IMG/VR virus record: IMGVR_UViG_3300021960_000017
DNA: 64,000 bases
Strand: one strand, 5' to 3'
Source of the DNA: a virus
Taxonomy: Duplodnaviria > Caudoviricetes
Shown here one piece after another: positions 56,280 through 64,000 of this stretch. The position numbers were made by a program, and so were the translations under genes. Within the stretch, counting starts at the first letter, position 1; the number at the start of each line of letters is the position of its first letter. Under the pieces are notes generated by a model. That model worked only from the letters and a program-made list of their open reading frames with translations, was not told the DNA's origin and did not search any database.

Positions 56280-56776
56280 GAATATTAACACTTGAAGATG
56301 CAGCATTTGAAATGAATGAACTACCTGATGAGGTAGATGATTTGCGTTTTGCTGTACTGGATAATTCAGATCCAGTAAATCCAGACTACTTTTTTATTCC
56401 TCTTATATTTCTAGAAAGTTTTAATGCGCCAGCACTTGTATTACGGATAGCTGGAAATATTATTAAGATGCCAGTGGACTGGAAGATTCTAATTGGCGAA
56501 CCTGAGCATGGCGACCTGGAAATGTGTAACCTGAGTAGCCTTAATGACAGAGGATTTAAAGCATTTAGTTTTAATCCTATTAGCGGGTTTTTAGCAGACT
56601 ATCTTCCTATTGACATTGTAGATTTGTATACTGATGTTAAGTGGTTTTTCCCTAAAATTAAACAGGGCCAAATACTAGCTATTCCTATTGAAACTGGACC
56701 CAAGCCAAGGTGTGTCTATTGTGCTAAAGAAATTAACAAGCAGAACGAAATAATAGACATTAGTAAGGTGTTATGA
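56276..56776 (+). CDS. Conserved phage hypothetical protein
   Basis: MRILTLED... from a GTG start, 166 aa, in the replication cluster. Confidence 0.6.
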   Translation: MRILTLEDAAFEMNELPDEVDDLRFAVLDNSDPVNPDYFFIPLIFLESFNAPALVLRIAGNIIKMPVDWKILIGEPEHGDLEMCNLSSLNDRGFKAFSFNPISGFLADYLPIDIVDLYTDVKWFFPKIKQGQILAIPIETGPKPRCVYCAKEINKQNEIIDISKVL

Positions 56777-57000
56777 GTTTAGATCTTCATGGTATGACAA
56801 TACACGAAGGCTGGATTTATTTTAATAATGAAGTAGACCAGGCCTTTTGGCGTGGTGTTAAGTCCATGAAGGTAATTACAGGTAAAGGACTTATGCTGCA
56901 TGAGTTTCCAACATGGGCAAGAAACCATCCTAAAATTCGCGAAGTTGAGTTAAACAAAGATGGTGGAAGTTTTCGTGTTTGGTTAAAGAAGAATGCCTAA
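56773..57000 (+). CDS. Stand-alone Smr (MutS2 C-terminal) domain protein
   Basis: LDLHG, VITGKG and GGSFRVWL. Confidence 0.8.
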   Translation: MSLDLHGMTIHEGWIYFNNEVDQAFWRGVKSMKVITGKGLMLHEFPTWARNHPKIREVELNKDGGSFRVWLKKNA

Positions 57001-57262
57001 AATTATCGTAAGAGAAGATTATAGAGTATATTATTATATGGTGGATCCGCAAAGCAGAAGTCACAGAGATGCTATTGCAGAAGTACAGCGTAAGGTTAAT
57101 GATTTTTTTGCGAGTAGAGATATTCAAGCAACTAGACATATACATCGCAGTTCACAGGGCAAGGGTATGATGTGGATTCATTTTGAAACTCTAAACGACA
57201 GCAATATGTTTTACATGGCTCTAGCAGAACATATTACTAGTAAAGGAGTAAGATTTGACTGA
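56993..57262 (+). CDS. Hypothetical protein
   Basis: 89 aa, coupled within the operon. Confidence 0.55.
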   Translation: MPKIIVREDYRVYYYMVDPQSRSHRDAIAEVQRKVNDFFASRDIQATRHIHRSSQGKGMMWIHFETLNDSNMFYMALAEHITSKGVRFD

Positions 57263-57689
57263 ACTGCCTCTTAATCAGGTATTGGGTGCTCTTGATAAAA
57301 AGGATATGAAGTTCTGGGATCGTTGCACACCTGAACAGCAAAAGAAGATTGCTCCATTTCTACTAAACAGATATATGAGTATTGTGAAAGGTAGTGCAGA
57401 GTTGCATGCTTATTATCTCATGGCTACCAATCAGCGTGTGAATGTAAACTATTTTGCACTCAGTAAGCATCCTAAACTTGTATGGCAACTGTTATGTACC
57501 GTGAGCCCAGGCATGGGCAATCAGTTCCATCAGTGGATAGGCAACAAAAAGAAAAAGTCCAGTAATACGGACATACGCAAAAGACTCGCAGAGTTATATC
57601 CTAATTACAAAGAGGATGAACTAGACTTACTAGCCAGTATTACTACAGCATCTGAATTAAAACAACTGGCTGAGGCTAGTGGACAATGA
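57255..57689 (+). CDS. Clamp-loader small subunit (T4 gp62-like)
   Basis: PFLLNRYMS...N..VN...LSKHPKLVWQLL...QWIG...LAELYP pattern. TTG start. Confidence 0.6.
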   Translation: MTELPLNQVLGALDKKDMKFWDRCTPEQQKKIAPFLLNRYMSIVKGSAELHAYYLMATNQRVNVNYFALSKHPKLVWQLLCTVSPGMGNQFHQWIGNKKKKSSNTDIRKRLAELYPNYKEDELDLLASITTASELKQLAEASGQ

Positions 57690-58483
57690 TAGACTTTAAC
57701 ACAGATAAAGTTGTAATTGCTTACTATCCTCCGGGCGCCGGCGGAAAGACTGTCTTAAACTGTCTAGGAATAAGCAAAAACTTTTGTATACAAGATATTG
57801 ATGCGCCGCTAGACAGTCTTAGCAAGTTTAATCTTATAAAAACACGAATAGATCAATATGAAATAAGCAATAATTGGTCAGATTTAGATTTAGGTTGTGT
57901 ACAACTTTATGGATTAGATGCATTTAAAGGGTTTAGTCCTGCTTTTTATCGTACTGCAATTTATAATGAAAAATTAGTAGAATTATTTCAAAGTGGTATA
58001 TATATGCCAATTGTTTGCCATACATATGCACAATTAAAAAATGTCCTTGGTATTTTTCCTAACAGCCAAATAATTGGGTTGCAGAATAGTTTTAATTTTA
58101 CAGCAAGCCGAAATTACGAAATTTTTAATATTAAAAAAGGATATAATGAAATAAAAGGTGACAATTGGCCCAGGGTAGTACCTAAAAAATTTTCCGATTT
58201 CCCAAAGGAAATTCAACAGGAAATACTAAATGACTTTCCCACATTTTATAATGCAATAACAAACAGAAAACATTATAACGATACATTTTTACAAGATGTT
58301 CATATGGATCATATATGGGATGTGCAATGGTTTTCAAATGTAGAAAAAACTTTAACTGAACTAAAATCCCTTTATAATGCTCTGAAGTTGGATGATTTTG
58401 ATACAGAAAAAATCCGATATTATTACACTAGATGGAAAACAAAAGTATATGATATATCCATGGATAACAATAAAGTCGTATAA
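57686..58483 (+). CDS. AT-rich hypothetical protein with a P-loop-like start
   Basis: IAYYPPGAGGK. 265 aa. Confidence 0.5.
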   Translation: MIDFNTDKVVIAYYPPGAGGKTVLNCLGISKNFCIQDIDAPLDSLSKFNLIKTRIDQYEISNNWSDLDLGCVQLYGLDAFKGFSPAFYRTAIYNEKLVELFQSGIYMPIVCHTYAQLKNVLGIFPNSQIIGLQNSFNFTASRNYEIFNIKKGYNEIKGDNWPRVVPKKFSDFPKEIQQEILNDFPTFYNAITNRKHYNDTFLQDVHMDHIWDVQWFSNVEKTLTELKSLYNALKLDDFDTEKIRYYYTRWKTKVYDISMDNNKVV

Positions 58484-59220
58484 TGCAAATGAATGACTTT
58501 ACAAGTGTTATAAAAGATGCTATAATTAATTATAGTATGGAACCTAAAGATTATACATGTAAGTATTGTGGCAGATCGTATCGTAAAGAAAGCACTCTAG
58601 CAGCGCATCTATGTGAGCCTAAACGTAGAGCACAACAGGAGCGCGAACCTGGTGTACAGATTGGTATGCAGGCTTATTTGCGTTTCTATGAGCTCACACA
58701 GGGCAGTGCTAAACTAAAAACATATGCTGACTTCAGTGAATCGCCATACTATAATGCTTTCGTGAAGTTTGGCAGACATTGTCAGAGCATTCGTGCAATA
58801 AACATCAGTGGCTTTATAGACTATGTAATTAAGGAAAACAAGAAGCTGGATAACTGGACCAAGGACAGTGTATACCAGGACTTCTTGTTTATGCATCTAA
58901 AACGAGAGAGTGTACAGGATGCACTGGAGCGTAGTCTGGAAACCATGGCAGATTGGGCGGCTGAAAAGGAAAGTGTATACAATCATTATTTCCTATATGC
59001 TAGTAAAAATCGTATTGTAAGTGATATTACCAAGGGACGCATCAGCAGTTGGGTTGTGTTTAACAGTAGTACTGGTATTGAAATGCTGGACAAGTTGAGT
59101 ACTGAACAAATTGAGATAGCGTTTCCCTATATTGATCCAGACTTTTGGAAACGCAAGTTTGTGGACTATGTTGCTGATACTGAATGGGTAAAGCATATAC
59201 TAAGTGAGGCAAAAATATAA
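58483..59220 (+). CDS. Zinc-finger (Cx2Cx12HxC) protein in the replication cluster
   Basis: YTCKYCGRSYRKESTLAAHLCE followed by a helical domain. Confidence 0.65.
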   Translation: MQMNDFTSVIKDAIINYSMEPKDYTCKYCGRSYRKESTLAAHLCEPKRRAQQEREPGVQIGMQAYLRFYELTQGSAKLKTYADFSESPYYNAFVKFGRHCQSIRAINISGFIDYVIKENKKLDNWTKDSVYQDFLFMHLKRESVQDALERSLETMADWAAEKESVYNHYFLYASKNRIVSDITKGRISSWVVFNSSTGIEMLDKLSTEQIEIAFPYIDPDFWKRKFVDYVADTEWVKHILSEAKI

Positions 59221-60263
59221 TGTTTGTGTCGGGTACTATAGAAGATTGCTTTACAATGCAATTTTTTGACATTTTATCAGCATATGCAAAAGCAAATAAT
59301 ATCAATATTGATACAGATAAAAAGTTTTATCTAATAGATCATGTTACAGATGATTATCCCCCTGGCTATGATCATTACTTTGTTGAAAATGGAAATGAGC
59401 ATTTATCTGTCTTAGGAAAAGCAAAACGTCTAGTAGACGAACAAAAAGCAGATTTACTATATGGGAGTTATCTGCATAAAAAGCATCCCTTATTTGATAG
59501 AACTATTAGTATGGCTGGAAGTACTAATCTTTCCAATATTTTTTATACAAGTCCTTTTTATTTTACTAGTTTGTTATTTAAAAAACAACATCGCGATAAA
59601 AATTTAACTTTTATAAATGGCGAAAACAGAAGTGTACGACATTATTTTTTAGATCAAGTTAGCAAATATATGGATTTAGTAATTAACAATAGTCAGTCAA
59701 CAATCAAAACAAATCTAACTGGATATTATAATAATGCTGATAATATCTTTGCAAATTATTGTAACAATTTATATGACATAGATAATTCACCTACCAATCA
59801 TATTAGTACGAATATAATAAGTTTTGGAAAATTTGGTCAAACCAGATTAAGTTATGAACCTTTGCCAGAGTATTTTACAAGTCGTTGTATGGTTTATCCA
59901 GAAACTACCTTTTATAACTGGGAAATATTTATTACTGAAAAAACATGGAAATGTGTAAAAGCAAAAACACACTGGATTATATTTGCAGGTGCAGGTAGTT
60001 ATGAAGTAATGCGTGAAGTAGGATTAAGGAGCATTATAGAACTATGTCCAGATTCTATGAATGACTTTGACAGTATCGAAGATCATATCCTTAGAATAGA
60101 AAAAATTAGTAAATGTTGTGAATATATTTCTAATAACAGTAGCATATTTGATAGTTCTGAAGCACATAATATGTTAGAATTAAATTATGAAAATTTCCAT
60201 AATCCATTATTAAGTGTGGAACGTTGCGTAAAACCCTTTATTGATAGGTATATAAGCACATGA
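59220..60263 (+). CDS. Putative GT-B glycosyltransferase (TEK-motif family)
   Basis: FINGENRSVRH, VYPET...FITEKTWK and FDSIEDHILRIE. Paralog of 46139..47128. Confidence 0.5.
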   Translation: MFVSGTIEDCFTMQFFDILSAYAKANNINIDTDKKFYLIDHVTDDYPPGYDHYFVENGNEHLSVLGKAKRLVDEQKADLLYGSYLHKKHPLFDRTISMAGSTNLSNIFYTSPFYFTSLLFKKQHRDKNLTFINGENRSVRHYFLDQVSKYMDLVINNSQSTIKTNLTGYYNNADNIFANYCNNLYDIDNSPTNHISTNIISFGKFGQTRLSYEPLPEYFTSRCMVYPETTFYNWEIFITEKTWKCVKAKTHWIIFAGAGSYEVMREVGLRSIIELCPDSMNDFDSIEDHILRIEKISKCCEYISNNSSIFDSSEAHNMLELNYENFHNPLLSVERCVKPFIDRYIST

Positions 60264-60823
60264 TTGACTTGCCTGATATTGATATAGACTTTAAAAATAG
60301 ATCTGATATTTTAAAGTTTATAGAGCATACACCTGCAAGATTAGAGACTGGCAGGCAGCATAACACTGGTGTATACTTTACTGACATACCCAGTGCAGGT
60401 GATGGTATGAGTACCTTTGATCACAAGCAAGCGGAACAACTGGGTTACTTTAAATTAGATTTGCTCAATGTAAGCGTATATGATCAGGTAAGAGACGAAG
60501 TACATTTAGTAGAATTAATGACTACAGAACCTCGGTGGAATAGACTCTGGGAAGATAGGGAGTTTTGTGAACAAATTGTACACATTGGTAATCATTATGA
60601 TTTAATTAAACAAATGAAGCCAGACAGTATACCCAGGATGGCTATGTTTTTAGCAGTGATGCGGCCAGGTAAAGCACACTTGCGTAACAAACCCTGGGCG
60701 GAAATTGCCAAAACTGTCTGGCAGCGACCTGAAAACGACAAATACTTTTTTAAGAAATCACACAGTGTAAGTTATGCACATCTTGTAGTCGTGCACATGA
60801 ATTTACTTGACTCGCTTAACTAG
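60260..60823 (+). CDS. Miniature DNA polymerase III alpha (DnaE)-like protein
   Basis: PDIDIDF, QHNTGVYF (HAAGV-like), GYFKLDLLNV (KxDxL), AVMRPG and FKKSHSVSYA (FNKSH..AY), all within 187 aa. Confidence 0.8.
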   Translation: MIDLPDIDIDFKNRSDILKFIEHTPARLETGRQHNTGVYFTDIPSAGDGMSTFDHKQAEQLGYFKLDLLNVSVYDQVRDEVHLVELMTTEPRWNRLWEDREFCEQIVHIGNHYDLIKQMKPDSIPRMAMFLAVMRPGKAHLRNKPWAEIAKTVWQRPENDKYFFKKSHSVSYAHLVVVHMNLLDSLN

Positions 60824-61177
60824 TGTAATATTTTTTCGCTTACTGCGACTTTTGGCCATCTCTAGTATGTTAACACTTGGTCCAAATATTATTTCTACAT
60901 CTTTAATATTAAGAGTAATTAAACTATAAGTGAACTTTGCCCAATCACCTTTTAGAAATAAGTTGATAGGAATTTTTTGGTTACTTTCCCACCACCAGGT
61001 TTCACCTAATTCCAAAAATTCTTGTCTATCGTCCTCAGTCTTTAGTGCTTCATAATTGTAAATGCTACAAACAGTATCATCGGAATTTTGTATTATTCCT
61101 AGATACTCATCACCACCATAACTAACAAGGCTTAAAAACGGATATTTTTCTTTTATTTCGTCGCTGATTCTTGCCAT
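60803..61177 (-). CDS. Conserved phage hypothetical protein
   Basis: 124 aa, KYPFLS...WWWESNQKIPIN. Confidence 0.65.
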   Translation of the reverse strand: MARISDEIKEKYPFLSLVSYGGDEYLGIIQNSDDTVCSIYNYEALKTEDDRQEFLELGETWWWESNQKIPINLFLKGDWAKFTYSLITLNIKDVEIIFGPSVNILEMAKSRSKRKNITLVKRVK

Positions 61178-61202
61178 TATAAAAACTATAAATAGTAGTG
61201 AT

Positions 61203-61961
61203 ATGACTACTATTACCAGTTACTTATACGAGCAAAATATTAAGGTTACCACAACTGATGTAACCGTGGGAAATGTTATGAGTATGTTTTACACACCAAA
61301 CATCAAAGTCTACAGAGGGATCGATAATCCTGTTAGAGTAAACTTTGTTAACAGGGATCAGAAGAAGGTCAGCCTAACTGATAAAACTGTTACCTTTGTT
61401 ATGATAGACAAAGAGACAAACAAAACACTCCTACAAAGAAGTGTTACAAGTATAAACCCAGCCGCTGGTACAGCAGAGTTTACACTCAGAGATGTTGACA
61501 TGTACAACCTAGACGGCAAATATTATACATATGCTTTTAAAGTTGTTAACGGCGAAGGCAGAACACAAATTGGTTATAGTGATGACAACTATGGTGCAGG
61601 TGGTGTGCTTGAGCTTATAGAAGGCGTTTATCCAACATTTGCTGCTAGTACTCTAGAAGATTTTGGTGCTGGCGATAATGGAAGTATCATTTATATTGAT
61701 CCATATGTTAATTCGAACAATGCGTTACACACCGCACAAGTTTATTTTTCAAGTGCATTTACAGGCACACTAACAGTCAAAGGCAGTTTAAGTCCAGGAG
61801 GTAGTGGACTTACAGCAGACGACTTTACTACTATTACAACTCAAACCTACACTGCACAGTCAGATAATGTTGCTTTTAGTTGGAATGGTGTTTACAGTGC
61901 TATACAATTTGTTCGCAGTACAACAACTGGAACACTTAGTAAAGTGCTGTATAGGCCATGA
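61203..61961 (+). CDS. Virion structural protein (BppU-N/baseplate-like beta protein)
   Basis: IKVYRGIDNPVRVNFVNRDQK... Thr/Ser-rich. Exact T4 late promoter TATAAATA at 61187-94. Confidence 0.55.
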   Translation: MTTITSYLYEQNIKVTTTDVTVGNVMSMFYTPNIKVYRGIDNPVRVNFVNRDQKKVSLTDKTVTFVMIDKETNKTLLQRSVTSINPAAGTAEFTLRDVDMYNLDGKYYTYAFKVVNGEGRTQIGYSDDNYGAGGVLELIEGVYPTFAASTLEDFGAGDNGSIIYIDPYVNSNNALHTAQVYFSSAFTGTLTVKGSLSPGGSGLTADDFTTITTQTYTAQSDNVAFSWNGVYSAIQFVRSTTTGTLSKVLYRP

Positions 61962-62617
61962 AGTTAGTAGGATTTGGCTGTAGTTTTACATATGGAAGCG
62001 AACTAATAGATCCCAACATAAATGAATGGGATCAACATCATACAAATAAAAAGTATAGAGAAAGTCATGCCTGGTTAGGCTTACTTGCTAAACGACTAGG
62101 GTGCGAGTTTGATAATCGAGGTGAACCTGCTAATAGTAACTTTGCAATAGGTCAACAAGTTGCTGAATATGTTCGAACAAATCGTGAGAATTTACAAGAT
62201 ATTACTATTTGTATTGGATGGACTGGGCGACCAAGAATGAGCTGGTATGATGATCACTGGACACACAATGGTTTTGTCAGCGATAAAACAGGCTGGACAG
62301 ACAGTTGTCGGGAATGGGTAACTAGACACACTAGTCAAAGTTTAGATATGTTTACTGATAATGCTAAATTGATTGCTAATAGTGTGTGTAAGTTTTACGA
62401 TGTTAATCTACTACAGTTTAATTCACTTGGAAAACATGGGACAACAGGCTATAACAAATACCTTGCTGACGGATCCAGTATGGATGAATATTTAAGAAGT
62501 AAACAAGTTGATTTCGAAAAAAACTTTTTTGCAAGTGGCGATCATCCCAACGAAAGTGGTCATGAAGAATGGACAACATTTATGTGTGACTGGATAACGG
62601 GAAACAACCTTGTCTAA
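61958..62617 (+). CDS. SGNH-like protein (GCS variant)
   Basis: VGFGCSFTYG, PANSN, IGWT...R and DHPNESGH. Confidence 0.7.
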   Translation: MKLVGFGCSFTYGSELIDPNINEWDQHHTNKKYRESHAWLGLLAKRLGCEFDNRGEPANSNFAIGQQVAEYVRTNRENLQDITICIGWTGRPRMSWYDDHWTHNGFVSDKTGWTDSCREWVTRHTSQSLDMFTDNAKLIANSVCKFYDVNLLQFNSLGKHGTTGYNKYLADGSSMDEYLRSKQVDFEKNFFASGDHPNESGHEEWTTFMCDWITGNNLV

Positions 62618-63173
62618 AAAACTTTGGCAGTTTGGATGTAGTGTAAGCCTTGGTGAAGAAGCAACAAAGCCATATGGCGTCTGGATTGCAGAACATATTG
62701 GATATGAGTTTATCCAGCAAAGCGAAAGCAGTGCTAGCAATCCAAGTATAGCATTAAAGTTTTGCGAACTATATACCAAAATTGACAGTGAAGACCTAGT
62801 AATATTTGGCTGGAGCCATCCTAGCAGATCAAGTTGGTACAATAAACATGCACAGGGATGGGAACATTTAAATTATATACAACAGAAAAAGCGGGGAGAT
62901 CCGTTAACTGGAAGTGTGGTAGATTACATAACACACCAAATATGTGATTATGTTATAAACACCAACGATTGGTATCCTAAACATATTGTAGACACAACCT
63001 GTAAACTTAATAACCTAAAATATCTACATGTAGATTGTGTTCCAGGAATGGTAGATTATTTAATGCATGAACAAGCCAAATACATAGCAGACCACTTGCA
63101 TCCTAATGATCTAGGACATGAACGAATTTTCCACTTGATTAAATCGGACATTTTTAGTATAATTAATACATGA
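62610..63173 (+). CDS. SGNH-like protein (GCS variant)
   Basis: QFGCSVSLG, SASN, FGWSHPSR and HLHPNDLGH. Confidence 0.7.
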   Translation: MSKKLWQFGCSVSLGEEATKPYGVWIAEHIGYEFIQQSESSASNPSIALKFCELYTKIDSEDLVIFGWSHPSRSSWYNKHAQGWEHLNYIQQKKRGDPLTGSVVDYITHQICDYVINTNDWYPKHIVDTTCKLNNLKYLHVDCVPGMVDYLMHEQAKYIADHLHPNDLGHERIFHLIKSDIFSIINT

Positions 63174-64000
63174 ATTCTATACAGCAAGCAGTAATTGATA
63201 ATCTGCCCAGGCAGAAGCGTAGTCCAGGTGGCTGGTATACGTTTAATGCTGTATGCTGTCATCACAATGGAGAGAGCCTGGACAAGCGTGGTAGAGGCGG
63301 TGCTATAACAGATGGCGAGGCAATAACCTATCACTGCTTTAACTGTGGATTTAAAACTGGCTGGCGTCCTGGCAGACATGTTAGTTACAAGTTTCGTAAA
63401 CTGCTAACCTGGTTAGGCGTAGAAGAAAATGAGCGTCAGCGTCTTGTAGTAGAAGCACTACGCATCAAGGAAACTGTAGTTGTTGAAGAGGAAGATGAGC
63501 CTGAATTTACTATAGAGTTTCCAGTTAGAAAACTTCCTGAAAATTGTGTACCATTAACTGAAGCACCGGCTGAGTTACAGGAGTATGCAGTCAGCAGATG
63601 CTTGCCAGTAGATGAATTGCTCTGGAGTAATACTAGAGCAGGCGGGTTATATCGTCGGATAATTGTACCTTGTACGTGGGACAATCGAGTCATAGGGTCA
63701 ACTGCCAGGGCGGTTACTGACGATATAAAACCCAAATACTTTAACAACTATGAAGCCAACTATGTTTATGGAATAGATCGCCAATTAAAGGATGGAAAGT
63801 TTAGCATAGTGTGCGAGGGTATTTTGGATGCACTAGTAATTGGTGGTATAAGTATACTAACTAACAGGTGTAATGACATACAAGCACAGATAATAGACAC
63901 GTTGGGTAGAGAAATTGTGCTGGTTCCTGACAGAGACAGGGCAGGACAATCACTAATAGATGATGCACTAGAGCATGGCTGGAGTGTAAGTTTTCCTGAA
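63170..64000 (+). CDS. DNA primase (gp61/DnaG-like), 3' truncated; absent from the ORF track
   Basis: Translated by hand, open to the window end. Zn-binding CC...YHCFNC, Toprim IVCEGILDAL and VPDRDRAG (DxD). Confidence 0.88.
   Translation, partial: MNSIQQAVIDNLPRQKRSPGGWYTFNAVCCHHNGESLDKRGRGGAITDGEAITYHCFNCGFKTGWRPGRHVSYKFRKLLTWLGVEENERQRLVVEALRIKETVVVEEEDEPEFTIEFPVRKLPENCVPLTEAPAELQEYAVSRCLPVDELLWSNTRAGGLYRRIIVPCTWDNRVIGSTARAVTDDIKPKYFNNYEANYVYGIDRQLKDGKFSIVCEGILDALVIGGISILTNRCNDIQAQIIDTLGREIVLVPDRDRAGQSLIDDALEHGWSVSFPE

Noticed and set aside
354-63747. The many 60-230 aa antisense or alternative-frame ORFs in the track (e.g. 3869..4567, 21059..21550, 63436..63747)
   Set aside because: They lie fully opposite or inside well-supported genes, lack RBS or promoters, and are explained by the codon bias of the sense gene.
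1-64000. CRISPR array, tRNA or rRNA genes
   Set aside because: No regularly spaced direct repeats with unique spacers and no cloverleaf or T-loop signatures found by eye in the short intergenic regions. tRNAscan and CRISPR finders were not run.
1-64000. Stop-codon reassignment as in some jumbo phages
   Set aside because: Core genes are full-length in code 11, and TAG/TGA act as normal stops at tightly packed gene junctions.

Overview
This window is 64 kb of a large T4-like (myovirus, probably jumbo) bacteriophage genome in the standard genetic code; host unknown. Virion genes (about 1-27 kb): four Ser/Thr/Gly-rich fibre genes, gp15/gp14/gp13-like neck and tail-completion genes, a 1082-aa tail sheath, the tail tube, a gp4-like nuclease, a probable small terminase, the large terminase and acidic head-associated proteins. 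Replication and recombination genes: gp32-like SSB, UvsX, UvsY, UvsW, a gp62-like clamp-loader subunit, dNMP kinase, a 187-aa Pol III alpha-like protein and a primase that runs off the right edge. A ~16 kb island (35.2-51.0 kb) encodes glycosyltransferases, KpsS/KpsC-like proteins, methyltransferases, a kinase-methyltransferase fusion, a sulfotransferase, a 2OG oxygenase, a cytidylyltransferase and cupins. AT-rich accessory genes are interleaved among core genes. Two promoter classes are visible: TTGAC-type early promoters with a 16-nt spacer, and (A)TAAATA late promoters. Best leads: (1) a late-expressed, possibly ulosonic-acid-based virion or surface glycosylation system, linking a CstII/Maf-like transferase coupled to the fibres, the glycan island and a signal-less DctP; (2) a ~90-nt intergenic RNA at 53461-53550 whose loop is an anti-Shine-Dalgarno sequence complementary to the phage's own early-gene RBSs; (3) a miniature DnaE core. 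All functional calls come from motif recognition by eye; no database searches were run.
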